DNA of 64,000 nucleotides from Octopus sinensis (GCF_006345805.1 NC_043015.1:51584001-51648000); one strand, 5' to 3'; numbered from the stretch's first letter, positions 39,580 through 51,879 are shown. Numbers and translations: made by a program. Notes: a model not told the origin generated them from the letters alone.

Positions 39580-39990
39580 GAACAATCTATCCTTAGTGGT
39601 CAGACCATATGGGATCTACATCTAGCATAATGGATGTGACCACTGTTTTCAGTCGTGTATACTTGTTTGTTCGTTTGTATGTGGATAAGATATCACAAGA
39701 ACCGCTGGAAGGATTCGGATGAAACCTTCAGGGATGTTTGGCCTCATGACTGGCACGAATTGAGTAGATTTTGGGACCGATCCGATACCGAACATATACT
39801 GGACAAGGATTCTGGATTATTTTTCCGTTTTTTTTTACTTATTCTTTGAGAGCGGTCGGGTTCATTTTTAGTATTCTCATTTGTGAGAGCAGTCGATTTT
39901 ATTTAAGATATTCTCATTAAAAAAATTATCTCTAGCTAATCGTTGAGTGGACGTTGGTGTTGCCTTGGCGGAGGTTTGCGCTCTCAGAGT
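39580..39990 (+). mobile_element. Non-autonomous Helentron/Helitron2-type (DINE/HINE-like) element
   Basis: gtttgttcgtttgt block, then 3' ccttggcggaggt followed by hairpin gcgctctcagagtgc and a T-rich end. Confidence 0.65.
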
Positions 39991-40384
39991 GCTCTTGTTT
40001 ATTAATGCAATGGAGTATAACTAGATTTTTATGCAAAACTGTTGTGACATAGTGCAGCACACCTATTACAATAGGTACAAATAACAAACTATAAGCTGGA
40101 TAGAGGAGCCATGCCTCCTCAGTTTACCATAAATATTCTTTTCTTTGCCTTATTTTAGCCAAGTCAATTTACGTCTACGGGTCCACTCACCTCCGTAACC
40201 GTGTTTTTCTTTTTTGGTTCCCTGTCAAACTCATTATGCTTGCATCGTGTTGTTGTATTCATTGGAATGTTCTTCCAGTATTCCTTTTCCTTTAAGGGTC
40301 GATATACTTTGGTTCAGGTCTGACTTTAATGGTCATGTGTATATCATCAATATCCGTTGTATTTTTGCATTTTTATGTCATTTT

Positions 40385-40708
40385 ACTCTCTCTCTTTTAC
40401 TTGTTTCAGTCATTTGACTGCGGCCATGCTGGAGCACCGCCTCTAATCGAGCAACTCGACCCCGGGACTTATTCTTTTGTAAGCCCAGTACTTATTCTAT
40501 CGGTCTCTTTTGCCGAACCGCTAAGTAACGGGGACATAAACACACCAGCATCGGTTGTCAAGCAATGCTAGGGGGGAAAACACAGATACATAAACATATA
40601 TATACATATATACGACGGGCTTCTATTCAGTTTCCGTCTACCAAATCCACTCACAAGGCTTTGGTCGGCCCGAGGCTATAGTAGAAGACACTTGCCCACA
40701 AGCTACTT
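40385..40708 (-). mobile_element. SINE-A body and tail; head continues at 42951-42998 after the ORF1-only insertion
   Basis: SINE consensus stops at cttgccca and resumes at (catgtg...)aagctacttaccacacagccactcctgcgcctat. Confidence 0.85.
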
Positions 40709-42950
40709 TATTTCAAAACATTTGCCATAAAGGCAGTACACAGATTAAGTTAGCTTTGCGGGCTGGACGAGGACATTAATGAAGTGAATGATAATGAAAG
40801 AAAGATGATAAGGATGGGAGAAGACAAAAAGCGTCCGCCGACTTTCGCTTCTCTAAAACATTGTTCTTTTTAAAGATAAACACAAAACGAGGTATTAAAC
40901 CTCTTACAATTTTTCCAATTTTTGGACTTAGCAGTCATTATTACAAACGAGGTATTAAACCTCTTACAATTTTCAATTTTTGGACTTAGCAGTCTATTAC
41001 TAATAATAACAGTTCAGTAATTACATATCGTCCTCGAAATAGCTTGTGCCCGCGCCCTCCACCATCAACCACGCCTCCCTCAGAACGTAATCAAGTTCCG
41101 AGTTTGCGTCGCCGGGGACCAAGTTATAATATTCATTGAGCTCCTTTAGCCCAAGCGTCACGCCGAACGCCACGGCCTCCACAGCTACCTGCAGAGGCCA
41201 TTCGGGGTCCTGTGTGAAGGCTAAAGGTGCTCCCTTGTGGTGCTCTTCCATCACCTTTTCAATTTCACCTCCTCTATAGAAGAGGACCAATAGTTCTTTC
41301 GTTGGCGGCACAGTTCCCGCCAACGGTATTCCTTCTCTTGTCGGTGGCACAACCCCAACCGACGTAGTTCCGGGACATTCCGGTGCTATGTCACTGACAG
41401 CCGGCAATGTCCCGTTTTTCTTCCTCTTTTTCTTTTTTTTTCCCTTTTCAACTGAGGGAGGGTGCGTCTCCTCCGTGGCCGGAAGATTCGCCTTCCTCTC
41501 CTCATCCCTATTATCCATTGGTGAGCACCCATTGTTGCTCCCCTTCCTCTTTCGGCCTCTGTTTGAGGAGTCCTCTGCTTTCTCGGCCGTTATCATTCCC
41601 TCTTCTAGAGGGGTTTTACTTAACTGTTCCGGGATCCTATTTTGTTCCCGGGGACAGTTCTTCTTTATGTGACCGGACTCCAAGCACCGATGACACTTAG
41701 GGGGCGACCCTCAAGCATCACCGGGTACCTGCACCCGGCCATTTTCAAAAAATCTGGAAGAACCTGATTGGCTGATTGGGTCCACAGGGTCAAAATTGCT
41801 TTTGACCCAACCCAAGCAGCCGCAGGAAGAACTTTTACATTAAGGAGCTTAGTTTCGCTGCCACCCAGACCCCGGCGGATAGTCTCCTCTATCCACTCGG
41901 GTTCTATGTCGGGTGGAAGTCCGCAAATCCAAGCTTTCATCAATTTCTTTTTTTTGTACGTGGGCAGGAATAAGATTTCCTTACCCTCCAGGGGTTTGCT
42001 AGCAAATTTGCAAGCCTCTTCAGGGGTGTCAAATAGCAACCACACCGTTGCATATTTGACACCCCTGGAAATGAATTTAATTGTTGGCAAATATACTCTT
42101 CCAACTCCTTTTCAATTGCCGTCTTTTCGAATAGGGCGATGGTGTCGAGTGCCTTGGAGTAGGTTCTCAACACCACCGTCCTATCTTCACGGTCTTTTAA
42201 CCACCCTTTTTAGGTGATATGATTTCCCACTCCAAAATTTTGTTATTTTTCATTGCCATGTTTTTTTAAATATATTCAAATTAAACTAAAAAGCAAGAAG
42301 AAAAAAGTTCAAAATCCAAATAGAATTTGATAGATTTTTGAAAAAACAAAAAGGAGAAAGCACAACAGAAGGGAAGAAATCAACGGAAAGTCGCAATAAG
42401 AAAAAAATAAAAGGGGGTTAAAATGAAGTTCAAAAGAAAGTTATAAAACAGAAAAAACACAGCAAAAATATTCTGGCCTTGCGGTACTCCTCGGCCTGGG
42501 TTGAACCTGGAACACCAACTGCAACAACAACACAACCTCCACAAAATGGGTCCGAAAGGTAATCCAATAGTGGCTTATTTTTATAATTTTTTGCTTGCGA
42601 AGTACTCTGACAAGGGAATAAATTCAACAAACCCAAACACAGCATTGGCTACCGCCAATGGTAATTTTAGCAGTAACTGTATTGAATTCCGAGGATACGC
42701 CCCTCCACTGTTTTTTCTTTTTTTTTCAATGAACACAAAAACGGCAGCCGCCGAGAGCAGGCGAAATTGTCTCAGAGTTGGATACAACTTACTGAAATAA
42801 TAATTGGCACGCAATAAATTATGCCCAACTCACAATAAACAAAATCACTTACCTCGACAACTTTCCGTTTTTGGTCTTTTTTCTTTAATTGGACGGAGCT
42901 GGTTGACTCGCGTCCACTCTGGCTGAACAGGAAGCAACTGTCTAACTGCG
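40709..42950 (-). mobile_element. ORF1-only (HAL1-like) non-LTR-type retroelement
   Basis: Single RRM/CCHC ORF1, ~310-bp 3'UTR ending at AATAAA, no ORF2, AAGCTACTT repeated at 40700-40708 and 42965-42973. Confidence 0.7.
41021..42259 (-). pseudogene. Tx1/L1-type ORF1p (RRM-like region + CCHC knuckle + basic tail), frameshifted
   Basis: Joining frames gives ...YATVWLLFDTPEEA...WICGLPPDI...PVMLEGRP(P)KCHRCLESGHIKKNCP; C-x2-C-x4-H-x4-C intact; frameshifts near 41700, 42090 and in the N-terminus. Confidence 0.85.
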
Positions 42951-43727
42951 CATGTGTGTTAGCAAAGCTACTTACCACACAGCCACTCCTGCGCCTATGT
43001 GTGTAGCTTCGAGAAAGTTATAAGATGCTGCACTGACATTCAGCTCTGGGTGTGTGCTGAAACAGTTGTACAGCAGAAACTGCTGTAAGCTAGTGAAAGT
43101 GATTATGTAAATCCTGCTCGGTTGTCATTGATTTCATGATCCTACGCGCTGTTCTGACTGCCTTGGTTTATTGTGAAATACGGTATTAGTTCTAACAACT
43201 GGTTATTAATATCGGTTGGATTAAGAGGAATAATATTTATGATTAAGAAATGAATCTGCTCCCCCCCCCGTCTCTAATTCCTTTTCGAGAGAGAATGAAA
43301 TACACTGCCTGTCTTCGAATTAATTATTGAAAATCTTGTCTCTCACAATATAGAACCATTTCTCATGTCTCCTGCAGACAAAAGGCGGAGAATGGCGATG
43401 GAGATGCGCTGGAAAAATAATAAGGATTTAAAATTTTGGTACGAAGTCAACAATTCCCAGAGATGGGTAAATCGATTGCATCAACTCTAGAACTCAACCG
43501 GTACTTATTTTACCGGCATCGAAAATACGAAAGGCGTAGTCGACCTTGGCGGACGAGCAGAACAAGTCGAGCCTAGTGATGGTGGAGAAAGTTAACCACA
43601 TGTTCGATAACTAAAGTTGTGTGCCCTTTTGTCCCACAAATAGTTAAGAAGGAAGGCAAAAAAATAGACATATACAATTCTCTTAAATACGAGATGACCC
43701 GACTGTGAAAAATGAAGAAGGTGAAGA

Positions 43728-43890
43728 TAGGCGTAGGAGTGGCTGTGTGGTAAGTAGCTTGCTTACCAACCACATAGTTCTGGGTTCAGACCTACTGCGT
43801 GGTACCTTGGGCAAGTATCTTCTACTATAGCCTTGGGCCAACCAGAGCCTTGTGAGTGGATTTGGTAGACGGAAACTAAAAGAAGCCCCC
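43728..43890 (+). mobile_element. SINE-A 5' half
   Basis: ataggcgtaggagtggctgtgtggtaagtagc...gaaactaaaagaagccc. Confidence 0.85.
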
Positions 43891-43946
43891 GCATATATAT
43901 ATATATATATATATATTATTATATATAGCGTTATATATAATATATA

Positions 43947-45572
43947 TCTCTTGTATATGGGAATTTAAAATTGTATATGCTGCAAATGATAAACAGCTGG
44001 AAACATTACTACAGACAGTACATGGATTTACCAAAGAAATAAACATGAAATTTTGCTTAGGAAAATGTGCCAAAGCAACTTTGAAAAGAGGTAAAATAGT
44101 AAAGAGTAACAATAGCACACTAGATAAAGTAAATGAAATTAGAGAATTAGACCAAAGCCAGACATATAACTACTTAGGAATCAATGAACAAGATACGATG
44201 CTGCACTCACAAATGAAAGAGAAGATAAGAAAAGAATACTATAGATGAGTTAGATTAATACTGAAAACAGAAAGCGATGCGAAAACAAGATAATAGGTAT
44301 CAACACTCTAGCCGTCCCAGTTATAAGTTAACTGGACTCTAAATGAATTAATCAAAATAGACAGGAAATCAAGAAAAATAATGATAGGATCTAGGATGCA
44401 CCATCCAAAATCTGAGATAGAAAGGTTATATATACAACGTATCGAAGGCGGTAGAGGCATTATACAGTTAGAAAACTATTACAAAATAACCACCATAGGA
44501 TTACAGAAATACTTCAGAAGCAAGGAAAACACGAACAAAACAAAAAGAAACTGTTTTCTGTCTTCAAGGAAGCTGACAAATACAAAAAAGAAACCATAGT
44601 ACCTAACAACTATGAAGGAAAATAAGAAACAACAAAAGCTGTAAAACAATGGAAATCCAAACTAAAACTGGAAGAGCAACGGATTATGATAAAACGGTGG
44701 CAATAAAATACCTTCATGGCAAATGATGGATTAAACTAAACAGAAAAGAAATGGACAATGGCTGAGAAGCTCAGGACTCAAAGCAGAGACTGAAGAATTT
44801 CTAATTGCAGTACAAGATCAAAGCCTTCTCATCAAAACCACCAAAAACACATAATGAAGTGAAATACAAGTAACTACAGAATATGTAGTGGTGGACAAGA
44901 AGCAATAAATCATATTATCTCTGGCTGCCCAGTCCTGGCTAAGAAGGAATATATTCACAGACATGACAGAGTTGGAACCTATATACACTGGAAGTTATGC
45001 AAACAATATGGAAAATCAACAGGAAAAAGTTGGCATAGAAAATGAGAACCCAACCATACTCTGGGATATGCTAACACACACATATAGAGAAATCAAGGCT
45101 AAAAGCCGGATATAGTTGTCAGAGATCACCAAGAAAAATGGTTTCTAATCGATGTATCAATAACAACTGGTGACAACGTTTCTCTAAAAGAAAAAGGAAA
45201 CACTTTCAAAATACAATAATTTGGAAATAGAGGTAACACGAATGTGGAGCCCCCCCGCAAAAAAAAATCCAGAAACAATTCGTTTTATAGTAGCTACATT
45301 AGGTATAATAAAAAATATTTAGACAAATACATAACAAAAACACCAGGACTTACAAGTATATATAACATAGAAAATAGCACTACTGGGTATTGAACACGTT
45401 CTACGTAAAGCACTTTCAGTACAGTGAAAATAAGAGTACCACAACAAACCACAGCACATACCCAAGGTATACAGAGCTGCGCTCAGTAGTGTAGTGAAAG
45501 TATGTAATAGAAATAAGACTACTGAACAATAACAACAACAACAACACAACAACAACAATAATAATAATTATA
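43947..45572 (+). mobile_element. 5'-truncated R4/Dong-clade LINE (RT C-half, CCHC, RLE), decayed, with (CAA)/(TAA) tail
   Basis: KFCLGKCAK, YNYLGI, RLYIQRIEGGRG, HIISGCPVLAKKEYIHRHDRV, TILWD, FLIDVS, LRKALSVQ* at 45424-45426. Confidence 0.9.
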
Positions 45573-45584
45573 ATACTCCTTTCT

Positions 45585-45792
45585 ACTATAGGCACAAAAC
45601 CTGAAATTTTGGGAGAGGGGACCAGTCGATTATATCGGTCCCAATGCGTAAATAATACTTAATTTATGGACTCTGAAAGGATGAAAGGTAGTGTCGACCT
45701 CGGCGGCATTTGACCTCAGAACACGAAGACAGATGAAATACCGCTAAGTATAATGACCAGCGTGCTAACGATTCTGCCAGCTCGCCGCCTTA
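45585..45792 (-). mobile_element. SINE-M
   Basis: Reverse-oriented tail, central domain and head. Confidence 0.8.
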
Positions 45793-46544
45793 GACAATAA
45801 TAATAGTAAATGCATACATACATGCATATATACATACATACATACATACATACATACATACATACATACATACACATATATTCCAGGATGCGTGCGTGTG
45901 AATGTTTGTACTGTGCGTATATGCTCACACGGTTGTCTTTAGAATACAATGCCTGTTGCAGTGAAATATGATTTCCATACATGACAACAAAAGTGAAATA
46001 TGTCGAACAGAAGACATATAAAGGTAAGCACCGCGTTTCATTTATGCCATACCATACTTTTATCTGTAGTCAGACTGTAGACGCCCCAATCGCAGTTGGC
46101 TACTGACGTCAACTCTACTAATGACATAACACTATAAAACTCTGTTTGACGCATGATTTACAAGTTTATCATTAATAGAAATGAACGAACAATTGATAGT
46201 AATAATGTATAAATGTACAGATAGCTTGAAATATTTCTATATCGCACAAATACTTACGCATGCAGACAAACACGCACATAGACACGCACACAGAATACCC
46301 AGACAGACATACATATGTGTCGTTATATTGTTATTGGGAAAACAACAATTTTAGAAAGTACTCGATATGTTATTAATGTAGAGTTAATATTTCCATTATT
46401 TATGGCAATAGTTCTCAAACTTTTTCGGGCTGTCGCCTCCCCCTGACGCCCAGGCCACATTCCTAGCGCCTCCACCCCAACTAACCATCACAAACATAGA
46501 CCTCTTTCTGAAACAAATTCAAAGCAACTGTATTTAACAAATAA

Positions 46545-46755
46545 ATAGGCGCAGGAGTGGCTGTGTGGTGAGTAGCTTGCTATAGGCGTAGGATTGGCTG
46601 TGTGGTAAGTGGCTTGCTTACCAGCCACATGGTTCCGGGTTCAGTCCCACTGCGTGGCATCTTGGGCAAGTGTTTTCTACTATCGCCTCGGGCCGACCAA
46701 AGCCTTGTGAGTGGATTTGGTAGACGGAAACTGAAAGAAGCCCGTCGTATATATG

Positions 46756-46819
<64 letters not shown>

Positions 46820-46828
46820 TAATATATA

Positions 46829-46868
<40 letters not shown>

Positions 46869-46880
46869 TTGTGTGTCTGT
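46545..46880 (+). mobile_element. SINE-A 5' half with tandemly duplicated head
   Basis: taggcgcaggagtggctgtgtgg...gcttgc occurs twice (about 46546 and 46582). Confidence 0.85.
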
Positions 46881-47028
46881 GTTCGTCCCTCTAACATCCA
46901 TCACGATAAGCAACGAATGCTACTGAATAGTTTCATGTTATTACCTTTCCATGAATGGAGAGGTAAATTGAGGACCAGGTACTTTAACAGCTTAAAAGAC
47001 GCCCCCTCGGGCGAATTTTTAAACTGGA

Positions 47029-47029
<1 letters not shown>

Positions 47030-47078
<49 letters not shown>

Positions 47079-47113
47079 TAATAATAACAATAATAATAAT
47101 AATAATAATGATG

Positions 47114-47170
<57 letters not shown>
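47030..47170. repeat. (AAT)n
   Basis: Direct observation. Confidence 0.95.
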
Positions 47171-47592
47171 TTAAACCTTCTTGATATGGGCACAAAGCCT
47201 GAAGACTTGGAGAAGGGGCTATAAACAATAATAATAGTTATAGACTAACTCACCCTTTTCTTACCGAATATATGAGTGACTGATAATGCATTAAAAACTA
47301 ACAGGCATCATTTTGTAACACACACAACATTCCCACATGAAAACAATATCTAAAATATATTAGAAATCATTATTTCTAAACCGTTGACGGAGAGGCGATC
47401 GTTTCGTATGACTGCTACGGGAAGTCAGGTTATTTATTTCTAAATGGAGACTTCAGCTCTCACATTTCCTTATTTTAATGTTACAGGTATGAAAATAAAT
47501 AGCAAAATCTATCACCTGAGGACGATCAGATAATAGGCTGTTAGGAACTGTACTTTACGTAGATAAAGAAACACACGCACGCATACACACAC

Positions 47593-47688
<96 letters not shown>

Positions 47689-47774
47689 CGTGATATTGTT
47701 TATAAGTTTTGCAGGATTATTTTATATATTTATAATGAAATTATTCCCGAAATAATACAGACACAACTTCGATG

Positions 47775-47818
47775 AAACAACCACCACCACCACCATCACC
47801 ACCACCACCACCACTACC

Positions 47819-47872
<54 letters not shown>

Positions 47873-48038
47873 GCCATTTCTAGTGCTATTGTTATTACTT
47901 CTACCACCACCACAACCACCACTACTCCTACCGCCACTACAGCTTCTAATTCTGCTTGATATTACTGTTACTACCACCACCACCTCAACTTCTACCACCA
48001 CTATAACTAATACTACAATCGTCGCCATAAACACCACC

Positions 48039-48085
<47 letters not shown>

Positions 48086-48295
48086 TACTACTACTACTAT
48101 TGTTACTACCACTACTACTATTATTACTGCTACCACTATCGCTACTAGTACTACTACCACCTTCTGCTGCTTCTACTATAACCACTACGACCATTACTAC
48201 CTCCACCACCGCTACCGCCACTACTATTACTAATACTACTGCTACCACCACTACAACTAATACCACCAACTCGACCACCTCCACCACCACTACCC

Positions 48296-48340
<45 letters not shown>
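47775..48340. repeat. (ACC)n/(ACT)n compound repeat
   Basis: Direct observation. Confidence 0.95.
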
Positions 48341-48341
<1 letters not shown>

Positions 48342-48381
48342 CATCTCCACTTTGACGGTTCTGCCATTATCACATATACCA

Positions 48382-48778
48382 AGGCGGTGAGCTGGCAGAA
48401 ACGTTAGCACGCCGGGCGAAATGCGTAGCCGTATTTCGTCTGCCGTTACGTTCTGAGTTCAAATTCTGCCGAGGTAGACTTTGTTTTTCATCCTTTCGGG
48501 GTCGATAAATTAAGTACCAGTTACGCACTGGGGTCGATATAATCGACTTAATTCGTTTGTCTGTCCTTGTTTGTCCCCTCTGTGTTTAGCCCCTTGTAGG
48601 TAGTAAAGAATTAGGTATTTCATCTGTCTTTACGTTCTAAGTTCAAATTCCGCTGCGGTCGACTTTGCCTTTCATCCTTTCGCGGTCGATAAATTAAGTA
48701 CCAGTTGCGTGCTGGGTTCGATCTAATCGACTGGCCTCCTCCCCCAAAATTTCGGGCCTTGTGCCTGGAGTAGAAAAG
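48382..48778 (+). mobile_element. Full-length dimeric SINE-M with 16-bp TSD
   Basis: attatcacatatacca at 48366-48381 and 48779-48794. Confidence 0.92.
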
Positions 48779-49019
48779 ATTATCACATATACCACAGCAG
48801 CATCAATTACTACTCTAGACATGATTGCTGCTGCTACTGCGACTGCTGCTGCTGCTGCTGGAGACGTCCTTCACTTGTACACTGAGTGATCCTATCGGTG
48901 CAGATGATATCCAGATTGAATGATCTAGTTTCGAAATTCACTCAGCGGGTGCCAGTCTATTTATTTCAATGCCAAATAAAAAGGTCCTTTCATTAGGACC
49001 CCATGAAGACAAGACACGA

Positions 49020-49033
49020 AGAAGGAGGAGAAG

Positions 49034-49065
<32 letters not shown>

Positions 49066-49335
49066 GAATAAGAAGAAGAAGAAGAAGAAGAAGAAGGAGG
49101 AGGAGAAGAAGGGGAAGAAGAAGAAGAAGAAGAAGAGACGAAGAAGAAGAAGAAGAAGAAGAAGAAGAAGACTGAGAAAAAGTAAAAGAAGAACAAGAAG
49201 AAGAATGAGAAGAAGAAGAAAAAGAAGAAGAAAAAAAAAAAGAAGAAGAAGAAGAAGAAGAAGAAGAAGAAGAAGAAGAAGAAGAAGAAGAGAAGAAGAA
49301 GAAGATGATGAAGAAGAAGAAGAAGAAGAAGAAGA
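49020..49335. repeat. (GAA)n
   Basis: Direct observation. Confidence 0.95.
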
Positions 49336-49683
49336 ATATTCATGTAGAAATAGACTCATTACTTCGAATAAAAAGCTACAACTGTGACTCTGCAACGAAT
49401 CACAGCAGCAAGGGTTAGCAACAAAAGAAGCGAATAACTATGGAACGAGATTAGCAATGTTTTCATATATGGAATTTATTCAGGAAATCGCTGCAAGGAA
49501 TCGCCGATAGTTACCAATCTTTGTTTACAGCGGAATCTGCGCCAACCTAGGATGTCTGCGAGGAATTTATTTATCCAGTTGTTTAAACCGGTGGAGAAAA
49601 GGATTGGCAATATACATAATTTTATGAAGCCTGGGGACAAATTGAAATTGCGGCGATCCCGTCAATAGTGTTTTAACTCTGAA

Positions 49684-51440
49684 AGGCGGCGAGCTTGGCA
49701 GAATCGTTAGCACGCCGGGCGAAATGCTTAGCGGTATTTCGTTTGCCGCTACGTTCTGAGTTCAAATTCCGCCGAGGTCGACTTTGCCTTTCATCCTTTC
49801 GGGGTCGATTAAATAAGTACCAGTGCGTAAATAAGTACGCACTGGTGTCGGTGTAATCGACTTAGTCCGTGTGTCTGTCCTTGTTTGTCCCCTCTGTGTT
49901 TAGCCCCTTCTGGGTAGTAAAGAAATAGGTATTTCGTCTGTCTTTACGTTCTGAGTTCAAATTCCGCCCAGGTCAACTTCTCCTTTCATCCTTTCGGGGT
50001 CGATTAAATAAGTACCAGTGCGTAAATAAGTACGCACTGGGGTCGATGTAATCGACTTAAACCGTGTGTCTGTCCTTTTTTGTCCTCTCTGTGTTTAGCC
50101 CCTTGTGGGTAGCAAAGAAACAGGTATTTCGTTTGCCGCTACGTTCTGAGTTCAAATTCCGCCGAGGTCGACTTTGCCTTTCATCCTTTCGGGGTCGATA
50201 AATAAGTACCAGTGCGTAAATAAGTACGCACTGGGGTCGATGTAATCGACTTAGTCCGTGTGTCTGTCCTTATTTGTCCCCTCTGTGTTTAGCCCCTTGT
50301 GGGTAGTAATGAAATAGGTATTTCGTCTGTCTTTACGTTCTGAGTTCAAATTCCGCCCAGGTCAACTTTGCCTTTCATCCTTTCGAGGTCGATTAAATAA
50401 GTACCAGTGCGTAAATAAGTACGCACTGGGATCGATGTAATCGACTTAAACCGTGTGTCTGTCCTTTTTTGTCCTCTCTGTGTTTAGCCCCTTGTGGGTA
50501 GCAAAGAAACAGGTATTTCGTTTGCCGCTACGTTCTGAGTTCAAATTCCGCCGAGGTCGACTTTGCCTTTCATCCTTTCGGGGTCGATAAATAAGTACCA
50601 GTGCGTAAATAAGTACGCACTGGGGTCGATGTAATCGACTTAGTCCGTGTGTCTGTCCTTATTTGTCCCCTCTGTGTTTAGCCCCTTGTGGGTAGTAATG
50701 AAATAGGTATTTCGTCTGTCTTTACGTTCTGAGTTCAAATTCCGCCCAGGTCAACTTTGCCTTTCATCCTTTCGAGGTCGATTAAATAAGTACCAGTGCG
50801 TAAATAAGTACGCACTGGGGTCGATGTAATCGACTTAGTCCGTGTGTCTGTCCTTATTTGTCCCCTCTGTGTTTAGCCCCTTGTGGGTAGTAATGAAATA
50901 GGTATTTCGTCTGTCTTTACGTTCTGAGTTCAAATTCCGCCCAGGTCAACTTTGCCTTTCATCCTTTCGAGGTCGATTAAATAAGTACCAGTGCGTAAAT
51001 AAGTATGCACTGGGGTCGATGTAATCGACTTAGTCCGTGTGTCTGTCCTTATTTGTCCCCTCTGTGTTTAGCCCCTTGTGGGTAGTAATGAAATAGGTAT
51101 TTCGTCTGTCTTTACGTTCTGAGTTCAAATATAGCCTAGGTCGACTTTGTCTTTCATCCTTTCGGGGTCGATTAAATTAAGTACCAGTTGTGCACTGGGG
51201 TCGATGTAATCGACTTAAACCGTTTGACTGTCTTTGTTTGTCTCCTCTATGTTTAGCCCCTTGTGGGCAATAAAGAAATAAGAAAAATTAGCACGCCGGG
51301 CGATATGCTTAGCAGTATTTCGTCTGTCTTTACGTTCTGAGTTCTAATTCCACCAAGGTCGACTTTGCCTTTCATCCTTTTGGAATCGATAAATTAAGTA
51401 CCAGTTACATACTGAAGTCGATCTAACCGACTGATCCCCT
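49684..51440 (+). repeat. SINE-M whose internal module is expanded to eight 194-195-bp tandem units
   Basis: Units start at 49734, 49929, 50124, 50318, 50513, 50707, 50902 and 51097. Confidence 0.95.
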
Positions 51441-51639
51441 CCAACTGGTTTTCACGCTGACTACTTGATGAATTCTTATATAGATTTTATTCTTATATCT
51501 ATATATAAATATAAAGATTGTAAAATAAGGCATCGTATAACGAAGCCATTCACATCGAAAGCATATATAGGAAGTTTGTTTACATAAAAAAATAATACGA
51601 ACTAATATAGTTCTTACATTTGACAGAAAGAGGGAGGCT

Positions 51640-51711
51640 AATTTGCTGGTGTAAAGGTAACACACTTAGTCGCGTTAACAAAAGTATGTGGGTTCGAGTC
51701 CCACGCGGATA
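51640..51711 (+). other. Degenerate tRNA-like sequence inside ~21-bp inverted repeats
   Basis: D arm gtgt/acac, T arm gtggg-ttcgagt-cccac, GU-rich acceptor, no proper anticodon arm. Confidence 0.45.
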
Positions 51712-51879
51712 GGAAAGCCTTCTTTCTTCTGTCAAAGGATTGCATGCCCCGTTATTAGACTATTTTCCTTAGTCCTTGCACGGTGATCGCCATAAGCTTT
51801 TAGCCTGTATAAAAAATACCATTATTATATAAAGGGTTGTAAAATTGGGCGAAATATATATATATGTATATATATATAT

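Noticed and set aside
41695-41706. Programmed ribosomal frameshift before the CCHC knuckle
   Set aside because: Best explained by loss of one C in a C-run; the same ORF has other frameshifts and there is no slippery heptamer
47741-49395. Mucin-like T/V-rich and R/E-rich ORFs
   Set aside because: They derive from (ACT/ACC)n and (GAA)n repeats, are open in several frames at once, and lack exon context
49734-51290. CRISPR-like array
   Set aside because: Units are contiguous SINE-derived repeats with no unique spacers; eukaryotic context and no cas genes
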